Positions 1 to 9,723 are shown, counted from the first letter of the stretch. The stretch is DNA of 64,000 nt from Candidatus Saccharimonadales bacterium (GCA_038317055.1 JBBQBA010000002.1:70106-134105), one strand, 5' to 3'. Made by a program: numbers and translations. Notes: a model not told the origin generated them from the letters alone.

Positions 1-330
1 TGTTCGTCCAATCACATGGGCTAGCTGGTGACAATATGCCTGGACTGTTTGACTTGAAGAATATGCCGCTTTAAGTTTTGTGAATGCAGCTGAAACACCC
101 TGTTGTTGGGTAATTGTTTGATATTTTTTCTGATAACAGGATAAACTCTCTTGACCAGCACTACAACTATAATTAAAAGTGTTATTCTCAGTTGATTTAG
201 CAGCATTTGCGCTCATAAAGTGGTAAGCAACAAATCCGATTAATATTACAACTACAAACATGACGCTAACTACTATAGCTATACTTTTTAGATTAGTAGT
301 TTTTTTATTAGTTGCCGCCCGACGTTGCAT
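1..330 (-). CDS. hypothetical membrane-anchored protein, 3' end cut by window edge
   Basis: Own translation from ATG at 330-328: MQRRAATNKKTTNLKSIAIVVSVMFVVVILIGFVAYHF... stays open to position 1 (110 codons). Basic N-terminus plus one hydrophobic helix. Absent from the ORF track because it runs off the edge. Confidence 0.45.
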   Translation of the reverse strand, partial: MQRRAATNKKTTNLKSIAIVVSVMFVVVILIGFVAYHFMSANAAKSTENNTFNYSCSAGQESLSCYQKKYQTITQQQGVSAAFTKLKAAYSSSQTVQAYCHQLAHVIGRT

Positions 331-437
331 TATAAGCATTGTACACTGACAATTCGTATTATTAAAAAAATAAGTGTATAACTTGCTTTTACGTGTCATT
401 TTATATAAGCTCTAAGCATAAGTTCTAAAGAAAAATA

Positions 438-1328
438 ATGAAATATTACAAAATAAATAAATTGAATTCCAAAGGTTTCAGTCTTCACTATCTTTTTCCG
501 TTAATCGTGATTGTAGTTATAGCTATTGCTGGTGTGAGGATCTTAAACGGATCCCATGCATCAAGTCCTATTTCAACTAAGCTTGCATCCCAAACGACTT
601 CTTGTGTTGCACCTACTAATTATCCTGGTGCACCAAATGGAGGAATGACATACGTTAATTGGACATTTAATCATCCAGACATAAATTCGCTAACTAACTC
701 AGTTAAATTAGTAAATAATCCCGGGGTTTCTACTCAAATGTTCTTACAGCTGTACGACTTCAACATAGACAACACAGCTCAATATTATGGCATGCAAACT
801 TCTGGTTTAATCCTTTGGAGTGAGTTTGGAACATCAAACCCTAGCAACGCTATTGCGGGGGCTGGCTCGACTATAGTTGTTGGTTCTGGTGAAGGAAATT
901 TCGTAAGTCTTAGACATAGCTTTGGTTCATTACCGGCAGGTTCATATACAACAAAAGTCTACCGAACAACATCAACTTCAACGGGTGATTGGTTTGCATA
1001 TTATGTGAGCTTCCCAGGGAAAAGTTCGGTTTATGTTGGTTCGCTACTATTTCCGCGAGCAATGGCTGGAGTTCGGGCATCTTTTAAGGATGGTGGCGGA
1101 ACTTGGATAGAAGATTACCAAAATAACGGTTCGGTTCTTTATCCAGTACCCGTATGGAATGTAACAATTGGGATTAAAGCAAACGGGACAGTTGTTCCAA
1201 TTCACGCTCGTAGCGCTTATTCTGCTATGCCAAACTCAAACATAAAAAATTCCGTCACAAAAGGATCTGTAAATATGGTAGTAGGGGGTTCTACTCCACG
1301 TTGTACACCAGCTGGTAATCTTTACTAA
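438..1328 (+). CDS. signal-anchored secreted protein, possibly DUF3472/concanavalin-like fold
   Basis: 296-aa ORF with an N-terminal hydrophobic helix (LFPLIVIVVIAIAGV). The body pattern (YYGMQTSG...ILWSEFG...GEGNF...GDWFAYYV...ASFKDGGGTWIEDY) resembles DUF3472-type domains from memory only. Confidence 0.55.
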   Translation: MKYYKINKLNSKGFSLHYLFPLIVIVVIAIAGVRILNGSHASSPISTKLASQTTSCVAPTNYPGAPNGGMTYVNWTFNHPDINSLTNSVKLVNNPGVSTQMFLQLYDFNIDNTAQYYGMQTSGLILWSEFGTSNPSNAIAGAGSTIVVGSGEGNFVSLRHSFGSLPAGSYTTKVYRTTSTSTGDWFAYYVSFPGKSSVYVGSLLFPRAMAGVRASFKDGGGTWIEDYQNNGSVLYPVPVWNVTIGIKANGTVVPIHARSAYSAMPNSNIKNSVTKGSVNMVVGGSTPRCTPAGNLY

Positions 1329-1369
1329 TCAATAATGATATAAAGTTATACTTAAAATGTAATAAGTAA

Positions 1370-2599
1370 ATGGTCAAGTTAAATAATATATTACCAAAAC
1401 TAGAACCTCAAAAAGCAATTAGTATTATTGTCATTTTAATAATTACAGTTATTGGTGTTAAATTATTAACTTCAAGTAGTGCACAAAGTCCATATGTATC
1501 TTTGGAAGCTGAGAAGGGATCGTTATCGGTTCCAGCTGCGGCTCAGTCTGATAGCAGTTCTTCGGGTAGTTCTTATGTGAATTTTGGTGGTTCAATCCCA
1601 TCTAAAGTAATAGGTGCTTACTCGGGTTATCAAGCAATAAATGCTGCAAAATCAGTTGGTGATCAGATAGGACATCCGCTTACTTTCATCACAGAATATT
1701 TAGACTTTCGTGATCCAGTCAATAGCTGGAATGCTAATGGCGAGAGCATAGCAAATCCCTACTATATAAAACAATGGCAAACTCTTCAAACTGCCAACAA
1801 TACCAACTTTAGAATGATATGGGGTGTACCAATGCTTCCATACAATGGTCCTGATCCTATCACCGGTACATCTATAAATTGTTTAACTTCTGCTTCTGCT
1901 TGTTGGGCGGCAGGTGCAAAAGGCGACTATAATCAATATTTTAAAACAGTAGCTCAAAACATGGTTAATGATGGTCAAGCTAATTCTTTAATTAGAATTG
2001 GTTGGGAATTTAATATTGGCGGTTTTCCCTGGGCGGTACATGGTAATGCTACACCAGCTCAATACATTCAGTATTGGCAAAATATAGTAACGACTATGCG
2101 TTCGGTTCCCGGTGAAAAATTTGTTTTTGTCTGGAATCCTAACTTTGGAGGTGCTGCAACTGACCTACAAAACTATTATCCTGGTGATAGTTATGTCGAT
2201 GCTATTGGCTTTGATTTGTATGACAATGGTTGGTATACAAATACTAGCAATACACCTCAATCTCATTGGAGCTGGTTTATGAATGCTCCAGAGGGGCTTA
2301 ACTGGCTTGCTACTTTTAGTGCTAACCATAACAAACAGATGTCTTTCCCTGAATGGGGTCTTGGTTGGACTGATTGTTCTAACGGTAAAAGAATTATAGG
2401 TCTTGTTTGCCCAAGCGGAACAACGAATAATGGCTCAATAACGGGCGGCGATGATAGTTATTTTATACAGAGTATGGCTACCTATATAGCTACGCATAAT
2501 TTTATAGAAGCTGGAATTTGGAATTGGGGTCTCGCACCAGTGCCTAACTCAACGATTTCACCTAACGCTACCGCTGAGTTTGTAAAAGATTTTAAATAA
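1370..2599 (+). CDS. secreted glycoside hydrolase, GH26-like (COG4124 beta-mannanase-like)
   Basis: 409-aa ORF with a signal anchor. IRIGWEFNIGGFPW and SFPEWGLGW resemble the GH26 acid/base and nucleophile Glu contexts. Confidence 0.6.
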   Translation: MVKLNNILPKLEPQKAISIIVILIITVIGVKLLTSSSAQSPYVSLEAEKGSLSVPAAAQSDSSSSGSSYVNFGGSIPSKVIGAYSGYQAINAAKSVGDQIGHPLTFITEYLDFRDPVNSWNANGESIANPYYIKQWQTLQTANNTNFRMIWGVPMLPYNGPDPITGTSINCLTSASACWAAGAKGDYNQYFKTVAQNMVNDGQANSLIRIGWEFNIGGFPWAVHGNATPAQYIQYWQNIVTTMRSVPGEKFVFVWNPNFGGAATDLQNYYPGDSYVDAIGFDLYDNGWYTNTSNTPQSHWSWFMNAPEGLNWLATFSANHNKQMSFPEWGLGWTDCSNGKRIIGLVCPSGTTNNGSITGGDDSYFIQSMATYIATHNFIEAGIWNWGLAPVPNSTISPNATAEFVKDFK

Positions 2600-2605
2600 T
2601 AGAAA

Positions 2606-3049
2606 TTAATTTTGTATTGGAGCTTTAACAATAGATAATTCACCGCCATCAGCGAGAGTAAATGCAACACGTCCAAGTTCAAGGTATAATCCATTACCGA
2701 CGTAAAGATCTCTCTGTTTTTCTTCTGGTTTTACAAAACTAATAGTATTAAACAAATCAAAAGTTGAACTTGGGCTTATTTCTGTTACAGGGTGTTTATA
2801 TATTCCTTTCGAAGCAGCATCATAACTACTCGCATCAAGTGCAGTTTGGCCGATCTTTAATTGATCCATACGTCTAGGTCGTACGCTATAAATAAGAGAC
2901 TCTGTAAGCTCAATAGCAAACTTATATTCTAAATCTCGAAAACTCTCAGTAAGCTTATTTCCAATTTGGGCACTTTGCTCCCAAGCAACAAGAGCCATAC
3001 TTAATTGTTCTAAATTTGCTTCTTCAAACTCAGGATTTATCTTGATCAT
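2606..3049 (-). CDS. hypothetical cytoplasmic protein
   Basis: 147-aa ORF with no recognisable motif. It fills the gap between flanking genes. Confidence 0.45.
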   Translation of the reverse strand: MIKINPEFEEANLEQLSMALVAWEQSAQIGNKLTESFRDLEYKFAIELTESLIYSVRPRRMDQLKIGQTALDASSYDAASKGIYKHPVTEISPSSTFDLFNTISFVKPEEKQRDLYVGNGLYLELGRVAFTLADGGELSIVKAPIQN

Positions 3050-3100
3050 ATTTTAATGGTAAATAGGGTGCCTTTGAAAGGCAAGCTTAAGCAAAAAACT

Positions 3101-3736
3101 TTACTTTTTTAGATATTTTGTAATGCCAAGACGCTCGGAATAATAAAATCCAAGTATCAATACTAGAATTACGCCGTAGAAGTACCATACATACTGAAAC
3201 CATCCTCCGTGCAAATTACTGCCGAGCTTAAGTCCATGATAAAAAATTGCAAGCATCGCTAACTCATTAGCGTAAACTACATATTTCCACCAAGATCTAT
3301 CTTTAAATAGTCTATATAACTCATAAGCTAGAAATGTTAAAAAGCTTATAGTTCCAAGAAGTACAACCCAACGGAGATTTGGCGCAACATAACTCAGCGT
3401 GCTACGAGGAGGCAGACCGAATCCATCTTTGAATCTTTGGTATGCAAGCAAACCAGGATGAAATAAAATAGCAATAAGTACAATATAGCCTGTTATCTTA
3501 TAGTAGAACTTGAGAGAATCTTGGTTATAGATAGTTCTATTCAAAAAGCTAATTACATAGTGTGACCACATTACGCTAAATGCTATCAAACCGAATATAG
3601 GGAATATAAGATATATAGATAATCCACTAAAATGCCATTGTAGATTAGCACCCCAAACAGCTATGGCAAGAATAACTACTAAAGTCGTTAAGCTCCAGGC
3701 AATGTAGTTTAGTGGTAAGTTGTTTGATTTATTCAT
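3101..3736 (-). CDS. polytopic integral membrane protein (about 6 TM, conserved His residues; ferric-reductase-like TM domain possible)
   Basis: 211-aa highly hydrophobic ORF. Histidines lie in predicted helices (WSHYVISF, LFHPGLL, FYHGLKLG). Confidence 0.55.
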   Translation of the reverse strand: MNKSNNLPLNYIAWSLTTLVVILAIAVWGANLQWHFSGLSIYLIFPIFGLIAFSVMWSHYVISFLNRTIYNQDSLKFYYKITGYIVLIAILFHPGLLAYQRFKDGFGLPPRSTLSYVAPNLRWVVLLGTISFLTFLAYELYRLFKDRSWWKYVVYANELAMLAIFYHGLKLGSNLHGGWFQYVWYFYGVILVLILGFYYSERLGITKYLKK

Positions 3737-3754
3737 ATTAATGATATAATATAG

Positions 3755-3767
3755 TTAAGTTACTTAA
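3755..3767. promoter_or_regulatory. perfect palindrome TTAAGT-T-ACTTAA in the divergent marR promoter region (candidate MarR operator)
   Basis: Read directly at 3755-3767, inside TAGTTAAGTTACTTAATTAAT. A related TAGTTAAGTAATTTAATTAAGTTAC recurs at 4237-4261, upstream of the next gene. Confidence 0.3.
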
Positions 3768-3793
3768 TTAATATATCACAAAAGGATAATAAG

Positions 3794-4228
3794 TTGAATT
3801 TACCTACCTATATGAGCGGTGTACTATTCACCAAAGCACATAAGCTTGTGCGTATTAGAGTATACTCAGTTCTTGAAAAACACAATCTCAATCCTACATA
3901 TTGGTCAATTCTTGGCGCAACAACTCAATCACCTGAAGGTATCAGGTTATCTAATGTTGCATCTATGCTTGGCGTTAAAGCTCCAGTTGTCACAACAGAG
4001 GCTCAGGAACTAATAAACAAAGGATTAATAAGACGAATACCTCATCATAGTGACGGTCGGGCAAAACTCCTAGTTATTACACCGAAAGGAAAAGAATTCG
4101 CAAAAATTATTGAGGCTGAACTCAATATCGAAATCAGTAGCCTATTAAGCGGATTAACACCTCACGAAATTGAAAGCTTCCAAAAAACATTACAAACCAT
4201 TATCACCAATTCCGAAAAAAGTGCTTGA
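3794..4228 (+). CDS. MarR-family transcriptional regulator
   Basis: 144 aa with a winged-helix signature (LIRRIPHHSDGRAKLLVITPKGKEF). TTG start sits 7 nt after AAGGA. Confidence 0.85.
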   Translation: MNLPTYMSGVLFTKAHKLVRIRVYSVLEKHNLNPTYWSILGATTQSPEGIRLSNVASMLGVKAPVVTTEAQELINKGLIRRIPHHSDGRAKLLVITPKGKEFAKIIEAELNIEISSLLSGLTPHEIESFQKTLQTIITNSEKSA

Positions 4229-4236
4229 CTTAATAT

Positions 4237-4261
4237 TAGTTAAGTAATTTAATTAAGTTAC
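4237..4261. promoter_or_regulatory. second copy of the TAGTTAAGT...TTAATTAAGT motif (candidate MarR operator for the cupredoxin operon)
   Basis: Two TTAAGT hexamers, at 4240-4245 and 4254-4259. Shares TAGTTAAGT and TTAATTAA with the 3752-3772 site. Confidence 0.25.
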
Positions 4262-4301
4262 ATAACTAAATTAATGCCTAATCGGCAATAGGAGTAATCA
4301 A

Positions 4302-5003
4302 ATGGAACAACCAACAAAAAATAATAGTAATAGTCATATAGGGTTAATTTTATTAACTCTAGTTATTGGCCTAGTACTAGGATTTGGGATTTCAAAAATC
4401 TCAGATAATCACGCAAAAAATGATTTAAAGAATCAGTTATCAGCAGCACAAGTACCTACATCAGATACTAAAGCAGCTGATCTTAGAGCTAATTTAGTAA
4501 CATTAGGTGTTGAACACATGAGTTTAACTGATCAAGCAGTGGATGGTGCACTAGATGGAAGTCCAAATGCTTCTGCCACAGCAGCGTCTCTATATACTAA
4601 TGGTACAAATATTGGAGCAGCAGTAGGAAGCGTATACGGCCCATCTGCTGAAGCGACATTTAATAGTGTATGGAAACTTCACCTTGATCAATTCGTAGCA
4701 TATGCAGTTGCATCATCAAAGGGCGATGAAACTGGTAAGACAGCAGCTTTGAATGCTATTTCAACTGGCTACACTAAGCCACTCGCGCAATACCTTGCTA
4801 AAGCTAACCCAAACATTGATGAAGCTAATCTAGAAGCAGCACTTGCAGATCACGTTTCTATGACTGCTCATATAATTGATGATCATGTTCAGAAAAACTA
4901 TACAGCTGAAGCATCAGATTTAATGGCCGCTAATAAGCACATTGAAGGAATATTTAGTATCCTTGCCGGTGCAATAGTTAAACAGTACCCAGCTAAGTTC
5001 TAA
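4302..5003 (+). CDS. membrane-anchored Ala-rich helical protein, unknown function
   Basis: 233 aa with an N-terminal TM (IGLILLTLVIGLVLGFGI). Lies 2 nt upstream of the cupredoxin gene. Confidence 0.55.
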   Translation: MEQPTKNNSNSHIGLILLTLVIGLVLGFGISKISDNHAKNDLKNQLSAAQVPTSDTKAADLRANLVTLGVEHMSLTDQAVDGALDGSPNASATAASLYTNGTNIGAAVGSVYGPSAEATFNSVWKLHLDQFVAYAVASSKGDETGKTAALNAISTGYTKPLAQYLAKANPNIDEANLEAALADHVSMTAHIIDDHVQKNYTAEASDLMAANKHIEGIFSILAGAIVKQYPAKF

Positions 5004-5005
5004 CA

Positions 5006-5401
5006 ATGAATAAACGTACAGGCATAATTGTCGCTATCATCGCAGTACTGGTAACAGTAGCTGCGGTGGTAGTTTTGAGTCACAATTCAAAAGATATGAA
5101 AATGCCCATATCATCAAGTTCATCAAACTCCCAAAATGCCGTTGCAACCAGTACTGTAACCATACAGAATTACAACTTTAGCCCATCAACTATTAAGGTA
5201 AAAGTAGGAACTACTGTTACCTGGACCAATCAAGATGACGTAAGTCACACCGTAAACCTAGACAGTGGAAGCGTAGGACCTAACTCGAAGCCTTTGTCTA
5301 AAGGACAATCATACAGTTATACATATAAATCTGCGGGTACATTTAACTATCACTGTGGAATACACCCTGATATGCATGGTAGTGTAATCGTAACTACTTA
5401 A
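5006..5401 (+). CDS. type-1 blue copper protein (plastocyanin/amicyanin-like cupredoxin), membrane anchored
   Basis: 131 aa. The ligand set is intact: ...VSHTV... and YHCGIHPDMHG (His, Cys, His, Met). Confidence 0.85.
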   Translation: MNKRTGIIVAIIAVLVTVAAVVVLSHNSKDMKMPISSSSSNSQNAVATSTVTIQNYNFSPSTIKVKVGTTVTWTNQDDVSHTVNLDSGSVGPNSKPLSKGQSYSYTYKSAGTFNYHCGIHPDMHGSVIVTT

Positions 5402-5412
5402 GGATAATATAT

Positions 5413-5817
5413 ATGTTTAAACTTCTTAAAAACCCACTATACCTAGGAATTACTGCATTAGCCATCGGTGTAATTGTAGTTGTCATATTAGCCATACCTA
5501 ATACCTCGCATGCATACCAAGATTATTGTAAAAATAAGATAGGAGTAACTCACCAAGTAGAATTTAAAGGAGATTACGCTTCTCCTGAAATAACTAATGG
5601 ACATATGTGTGACAAGATCACTTTTACTAATAAAGATCACGAAACCCGAGAAATCGCTTTTGGACCACACGAAAATCACCAAGCTTATGACGGAGTCACC
5701 GAAAAAATATTAAATTATAACCAGTCTTTCACAATTACCCTGAATAAAATTGGTACTTATGATTTCCATGACCATATCCACGACAACGCAATAGGAAACT
5801 TTATTGTTACTAAATAG
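5413..5817 (+). CDS. cupredoxin-like paralog with a non-canonical His/Asp-rich site
   Basis: 134 aa that aligns by eye to the upstream gene (KITFTNKDHE / TVTWTNQDDV; GTYDFHDHIHDNAIGNFIV / GTFNYHCGIHPDMHGSVIV). Cys is replaced by Asp and Met by Ala. Confidence 0.5.
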   Translation: MFKLLKNPLYLGITALAIGVIVVVILAIPNTSHAYQDYCKNKIGVTHQVEFKGDYASPEITNGHMCDKITFTNKDHETREIAFGPHENHQAYDGVTEKILNYNQSFTITLNKIGTYDFHDHIHDNAIGNFIVTK

Positions 5818-5873
5818 TCTAAAATTAAGTTAATTTTAGCGGATCGAATCAATTAAAGTATATAATATACTTC

Positions 5874-6854
5874 ATGTCTAGACTCAACATTGTTCGCAGT
5901 CGAAAGGGTCGCTATTTTGCCTATTATGATGGCGACAAACAAATAACAAAAAAAGCAGATCTAGAACGTATTAGAGCATTACGTATACCACCAGCTTGGA
6001 CTAGCGTAGCTATAGCTGGCAGTGAAAATGCCAAGGTACTCGCAAAAGGAGTAGATAAAGCAGGAAGATCTCAAGCAATCTATAATCCCAAGTTTCGAGC
6101 TAAACAAGAATCTTTAAAATATAAAAGAATCCTACTATTTGCATCTCACTTACCGCATCTTCGTCAACAAGTAGAAGAAGATCTTTTAAAACGTGGTCTA
6201 CCTAAAGAAAAAGTACTAGCGTGTATTGTTAAACTTATTGATATCGCTTATTTCAGAATAGGTAATGAAGAATACGCTAAAGAAAATGATAGCTATGGAA
6301 TTACTACTATGAGAAGTAAGCACATAGACGTTACAAATTACAGCGTAACTTTTGATTTCATGGGTAAAAGCGGTAAACGTCACGTCAAGAAAATAAATGA
6401 TCGAACTATTTCTCGAATTATAAAACAATTGGATGAAATGCCTGGCTATGAGATTTTTAAATACAAAGACGAAGAAGGCAAGATGCACGACATATCATCT
6501 CTAGATGTAAACGAATATATAAAGACATACATGGGTGAGGATTTTACAGCTAAAGATTTCAGGACGTGGGGTGGAACCCTACTCGCAGTAGATCTCCTTG
6601 CAACTGAGGACATAAAAGACTCTGAAACAGAACGTAAGCAAGCTGTCACGGCTTGTGTTAGGCGAGTAGCTCAGCGACTTGGTAATACACCAGCCATTGC
6701 ACGTGCTAGTTATATTAATCCACAAGTATTCAAACGATACATGGGTGGGGAAGATTTTGCTAAAGTTAAACAGACTATTTCCCGTATGAAACCGAAAAAA
6801 TATATTTCCGAAACTGAATGGTGTGCACTAAAAATATTAGAAATGAATACTTAG
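5874..6854 (+). CDS. DNA topoisomerase IB (poxvirus-like bacterial type)
   Basis: 326 aa with RIPPAWTSV, AKGVDKAGRSQAIYNP, TAKDFRTWGGT and LGNTPAIARASYINP (catalytic Tyr context). Confidence 0.88.
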   Translation: MSRLNIVRSRKGRYFAYYDGDKQITKKADLERIRALRIPPAWTSVAIAGSENAKVLAKGVDKAGRSQAIYNPKFRAKQESLKYKRILLFASHLPHLRQQVEEDLLKRGLPKEKVLACIVKLIDIAYFRIGNEEYAKENDSYGITTMRSKHIDVTNYSVTFDFMGKSGKRHVKKINDRTISRIIKQLDEMPGYEIFKYKDEEGKMHDISSLDVNEYIKTYMGEDFTAKDFRTWGGTLLAVDLLATEDIKDSETERKQAVTACVRRVAQRLGNTPAIARASYINPQVFKRYMGGEDFAKVKQTISRMKPKKYISETEWCALKILEMNT

Positions 6855-6867
6855 TAATTTGTTATAA

Positions 6868-7425
6868 ATGAACAAAAAGCTAACCTACCTACTGATTTCG
6901 TTATTAATTATTGGTATTAGTTCATATTTAGCTTCTAGAAAAACTCATACGCCAAATTCAAATACTACAAACCAACAAACCGTAAATGGTTCAAGTAGTG
7001 TCATTGGCCAAAGGACTAAAACATCTGCTTGCATTGTAAATGGACCCCTACAGGATACTGCTTGTTCGCCTGGTGCTGTATTTTCAAACGTTTCCAAAGA
7101 TCAAATATGTGTCAGTGGATATTCAAAATCAGTAAGAAACGTACCAAGCTCAGAAAAAGATGCGGTATATAGCGAGTATGGAATTGCAAGCCATACTTCC
7201 GGTCAATATGAAGTAGACCATCTCATAAGCTTAGAGTTAGGTGGGTCAAATGATATTGCTAATTTGTGGCCTGAAGCAGCCAATCCTATTCCTGGCTTTC
7301 ATCAAAAAGATGCCGTGGAAAATTATCTGCATGATCAAGTATGTAGTGGTAATTTATCGCTAGTAACTGCTCAACAAGAAATATCTACAAACTGGATAAG
7401 TGTATATAATCAAATTCCGCATTAA
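6868..7425 (+). CDS. signal-anchored secreted HNH-family nuclease
   Basis: 185 aa with an N-terminal TM. HNH core is YEVDHLISLELGGSNDIANLWPE. Confidence 0.7.
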   Translation: MNKKLTYLLISLLIIGISSYLASRKTHTPNSNTTNQQTVNGSSSVIGQRTKTSACIVNGPLQDTACSPGAVFSNVSKDQICVSGYSKSVRNVPSSEKDAVYSEYGIASHTSGQYEVDHLISLELGGSNDIANLWPEAANPIPGFHQKDAVENYLHDQVCSGNLSLVTAQQEISTNWISVYNQIPH

Positions 7426-7612
7426 GTTAAATAGTTAACTGACTCTCGGAATACGCAAACTCCGAATTGTTTTACAATTAAAATAATTGTACCGGCGTTA
7501 GAATATCGCCTAGCGTAAATATAACTTCATCCATTTAAAGCATTATAAAAGAAAAATAATTAGTCTATTTATTAATAAAATAAGACGATTAAGTTTTAAT
7601 TAGGTTAAAATA

Positions 7613-8686
7613 GTGTTCAGGACAACAAAAGTGATAAAAATCCCAACCAAACTTCGTAAACCTGAACTAAACAAAATAATTGCAATTTTACTCATATTTG
7701 TTTTGTCATTTGTTGGTGTTAAGCTTTTAACTCAAAGCCATGCTCAATCTCCTTACGTAAATATCGAAGCAGAATCTGGAAATTTAACCACACCCGCCTC
7801 TATTAATGGCGATAATTTATCATCAAACGCTAAAAATGTAGTTTTTGGAAACGTAAATGATCCATCGGGTCAAAGTGTACCGATTGGAAATCAAACTAAT
7901 TTTAAGCAGGTTTTTTACGATAACTTTGCTGATGAGAACGTCCCGCTTGGTAGTTTTTCTGGTTGTGTTAGGGCTTCAACACAGTATTGCAGCGGATTAC
8001 CAAAAACATGTAACACTTCAACAGGATTTTGCTCGAGCTTACCAACAACCGGTCCACAATCAAAATGGTGGGATTATCCAGATGGCTGGCTTGATACACA
8101 AAAAGATTGTCAATATATGCCTTCGCAAACAATGAGCATATCTAGTGGAGTAATGAATATGTTTATACATACAAACAGTGCAGGTACTTGTATGACAGCC
8201 GTACCTGAAGCAAAAATACCAAATGGTTCGCTATCCGATGGTCAATTATACGGTATGTACAGCGTTAGATTTAGATCAGATCCAATTCCAGGTTATAAGA
8301 CGGCATTCTTACTCTGGCCAGATAGTGAAACATGGCCCAGAGATGGTGAAATAGATTGGCCTGAGGGTAATCTTACTGGATCAATGGGAGCACATATGCA
8401 TAAACAAAATGCTACATCAGGAAGCCAACAAGATAATTTCTCCTCTACTGCAACTTATCCATCATGGCATACAGCAACAACGGTTTGGACACCTACATAC
8501 GTTAAATTTATAATGGATGGAGTAGTAATCGGTATATCAACTTCTAGTATTCCCAATACGCCCATGCACTGGGTACTACAAACAGAGTCTGAGCTCAATA
8601 CAACTACTAAACCAGCCGCAAGTGCCCAGGGCAATCTACAGGTTGACTGGGTTTCTGTGTGGGCTTACGATCCATCTATACTTTAA
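7613..8686 (+). CDS. secreted glycoside hydrolase family 16-like (glucanase fold)
   Basis: 357 aa with a signal anchor. WPRDGEIDWPEG matches the GH16 ExDxxE catalytic motif. GTG start. Confidence 0.7.
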   Translation: MFRTTKVIKIPTKLRKPELNKIIAILLIFVLSFVGVKLLTQSHAQSPYVNIEAESGNLTTPASINGDNLSSNAKNVVFGNVNDPSGQSVPIGNQTNFKQVFYDNFADENVPLGSFSGCVRASTQYCSGLPKTCNTSTGFCSSLPTTGPQSKWWDYPDGWLDTQKDCQYMPSQTMSISSGVMNMFIHTNSAGTCMTAVPEAKIPNGSLSDGQLYGMYSVRFRSDPIPGYKTAFLLWPDSETWPRDGEIDWPEGNLTGSMGAHMHKQNATSGSQQDNFSSTATYPSWHTATTVWTPTYVKFIMDGVVIGISTSSIPNTPMHWVLQTESELNTTTKPAASAQGNLQVDWVSVWAYDPSIL

Positions 8687-8703
8687 AATATATAATTAAC
8701 AAC

Positions 8704-9723
8704 TTAGTCACGGTTAACACTAAAGCTGGCACCATCGACATTTATAGAAGTTGGTGTAGAAATTGGCACATTTGATTGATCGACCATTGTTACGGGTTGA
8801 GCTGAAGCACTATTTAAATTCAAAGCACTACCACTAGATATTGTTGAACCTCCAGTAAATGTAGCTATGCCGTAGTTATCGAATGGAATTTGTCTATATG
8901 ATGAGTAGCTAGGGTCTTCTTCTATCCATTCAGCAGAAGAGTGTGAAGAGTTATATGAAACTGTATTTGAGTAAGATTGTCCGTTTGAATTATCAGTAAT
9001 ATTTATAAGCCATTGACCGCTAGATATTTCTGTTATAGATGCTGACATAGAGTCTCCAGGATTAACGGTAATACTAGAAATATTTATTGATGCACCTGGT
9101 AATAATTCATAAAAAGCTGAAGCTGTGACTTGACCATTACTAGATATAACATTATCTGTGCCTGTTTGAATTAAATCTCCACTAGTTACACCACCGATAC
9201 CGATCCAAGTAGCATCAGCTGAAGTTCTCCCTGAAATACCGGTCGGATTTGTAGCATGCCATGATCCAGAAATTGTTGTGTAGTTACCAACTGTTGCTAA
9301 ATAACCCGACCAATTTGTTGACGTGTAGCTGGTTGTTGATGAAGGCGCAGACCCACCAGAACTTGCCGGAGAAGTTGGTGAGGTTGGTGTAAGAGTACTA
9401 ACACTACTGGCAGGTGATGGAATAACAACCGGAAGTGACTTTGATCCAGTAGTAACACCCGGGGGCGTTGGCTTAACTACTGTAGTTTTGGTGTCCGGAA
9501 CAGGTGTTGGAGTAGAAATTATAGGAACAGTAACAGTGGTTACTACTTTTGTGGTTTTGGTAGTAATTTTCTTAATAACTTTGTGTCTTGGTTGAGTTTG
9601 GTTATTTGTGGTGGAACTGAAATAAGTATATGAAACTAGACTTAAGACTGCTACACCAATAAATATAGGTGCTATGAATTCACGTATTCTAGATAAAATG
9701 GCAGTTAAATATATAGTCTTAAC
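8704..9723 (-). CDS. signal-anchored peptidase G1 (eqolisin/scytalidoglutamic peptidase family); open frame lacks a canonical start
   Basis: The track lists only 8704..9048. My translation shows the frame stays open up to the TAG at 9726-9724 (340 codons). N-terminal TM is EFIAPIFIGVAVLSLVSY, followed by a Thr/Pro linker. Family motifs are NWSGY, SGSWHA, ATWIGIGGVTSGDLIQTGTD (catalytic Gln context) and AEWIEEDPS (catalytic Glu context). Confidence 0.7.
   Translation of the reverse strand, partial: VKTIYLTAILSRIREFIAPIFIGVAVLSLVSYTYFSSTTNNQTQPRHKVIKKITTKTTKVVTTVTVPIISTPTPVPDTKTTVVKPTPPGVTTGSKSLPVVIPSPASSVSTLTPTSPTSPASSGGSAPSSTTSYTSTNWSGYLATVGNYTTISGSWHATNPTGISGRTSADATWIGIGGVTSGDLIQTGTDNVISSNGQVTASAFYELLPGASINISSITVNPGDSMSASITEISSGQWLINITDNSNGQSYSNTVSYNSSHSSAEWIEEDPSYSSYRQIPFDNYGIATFTGGSTISSGSALNLNSASAQPVTMVDQSNVPISTPTSINVDGASFSVNRD

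Noticed and set aside
21-206. 61-aa minus-strand ORF from the track at the window start
   Set aside because: It is in a different frame from the longer open frame 330..1. That longer frame has a proper ATG and a basic N-terminus plus TM helix, so this ORF is a shadow ORF.
5818-5845. AT-only palindrome CTAAAATTAA-G-TTAATTTTAG after the second cupredoxin gene as a terminator
   Set aside because: The stem is entirely A/T with a 1-nt loop and no T-tract, which is common by chance in this AT-rich DNA.
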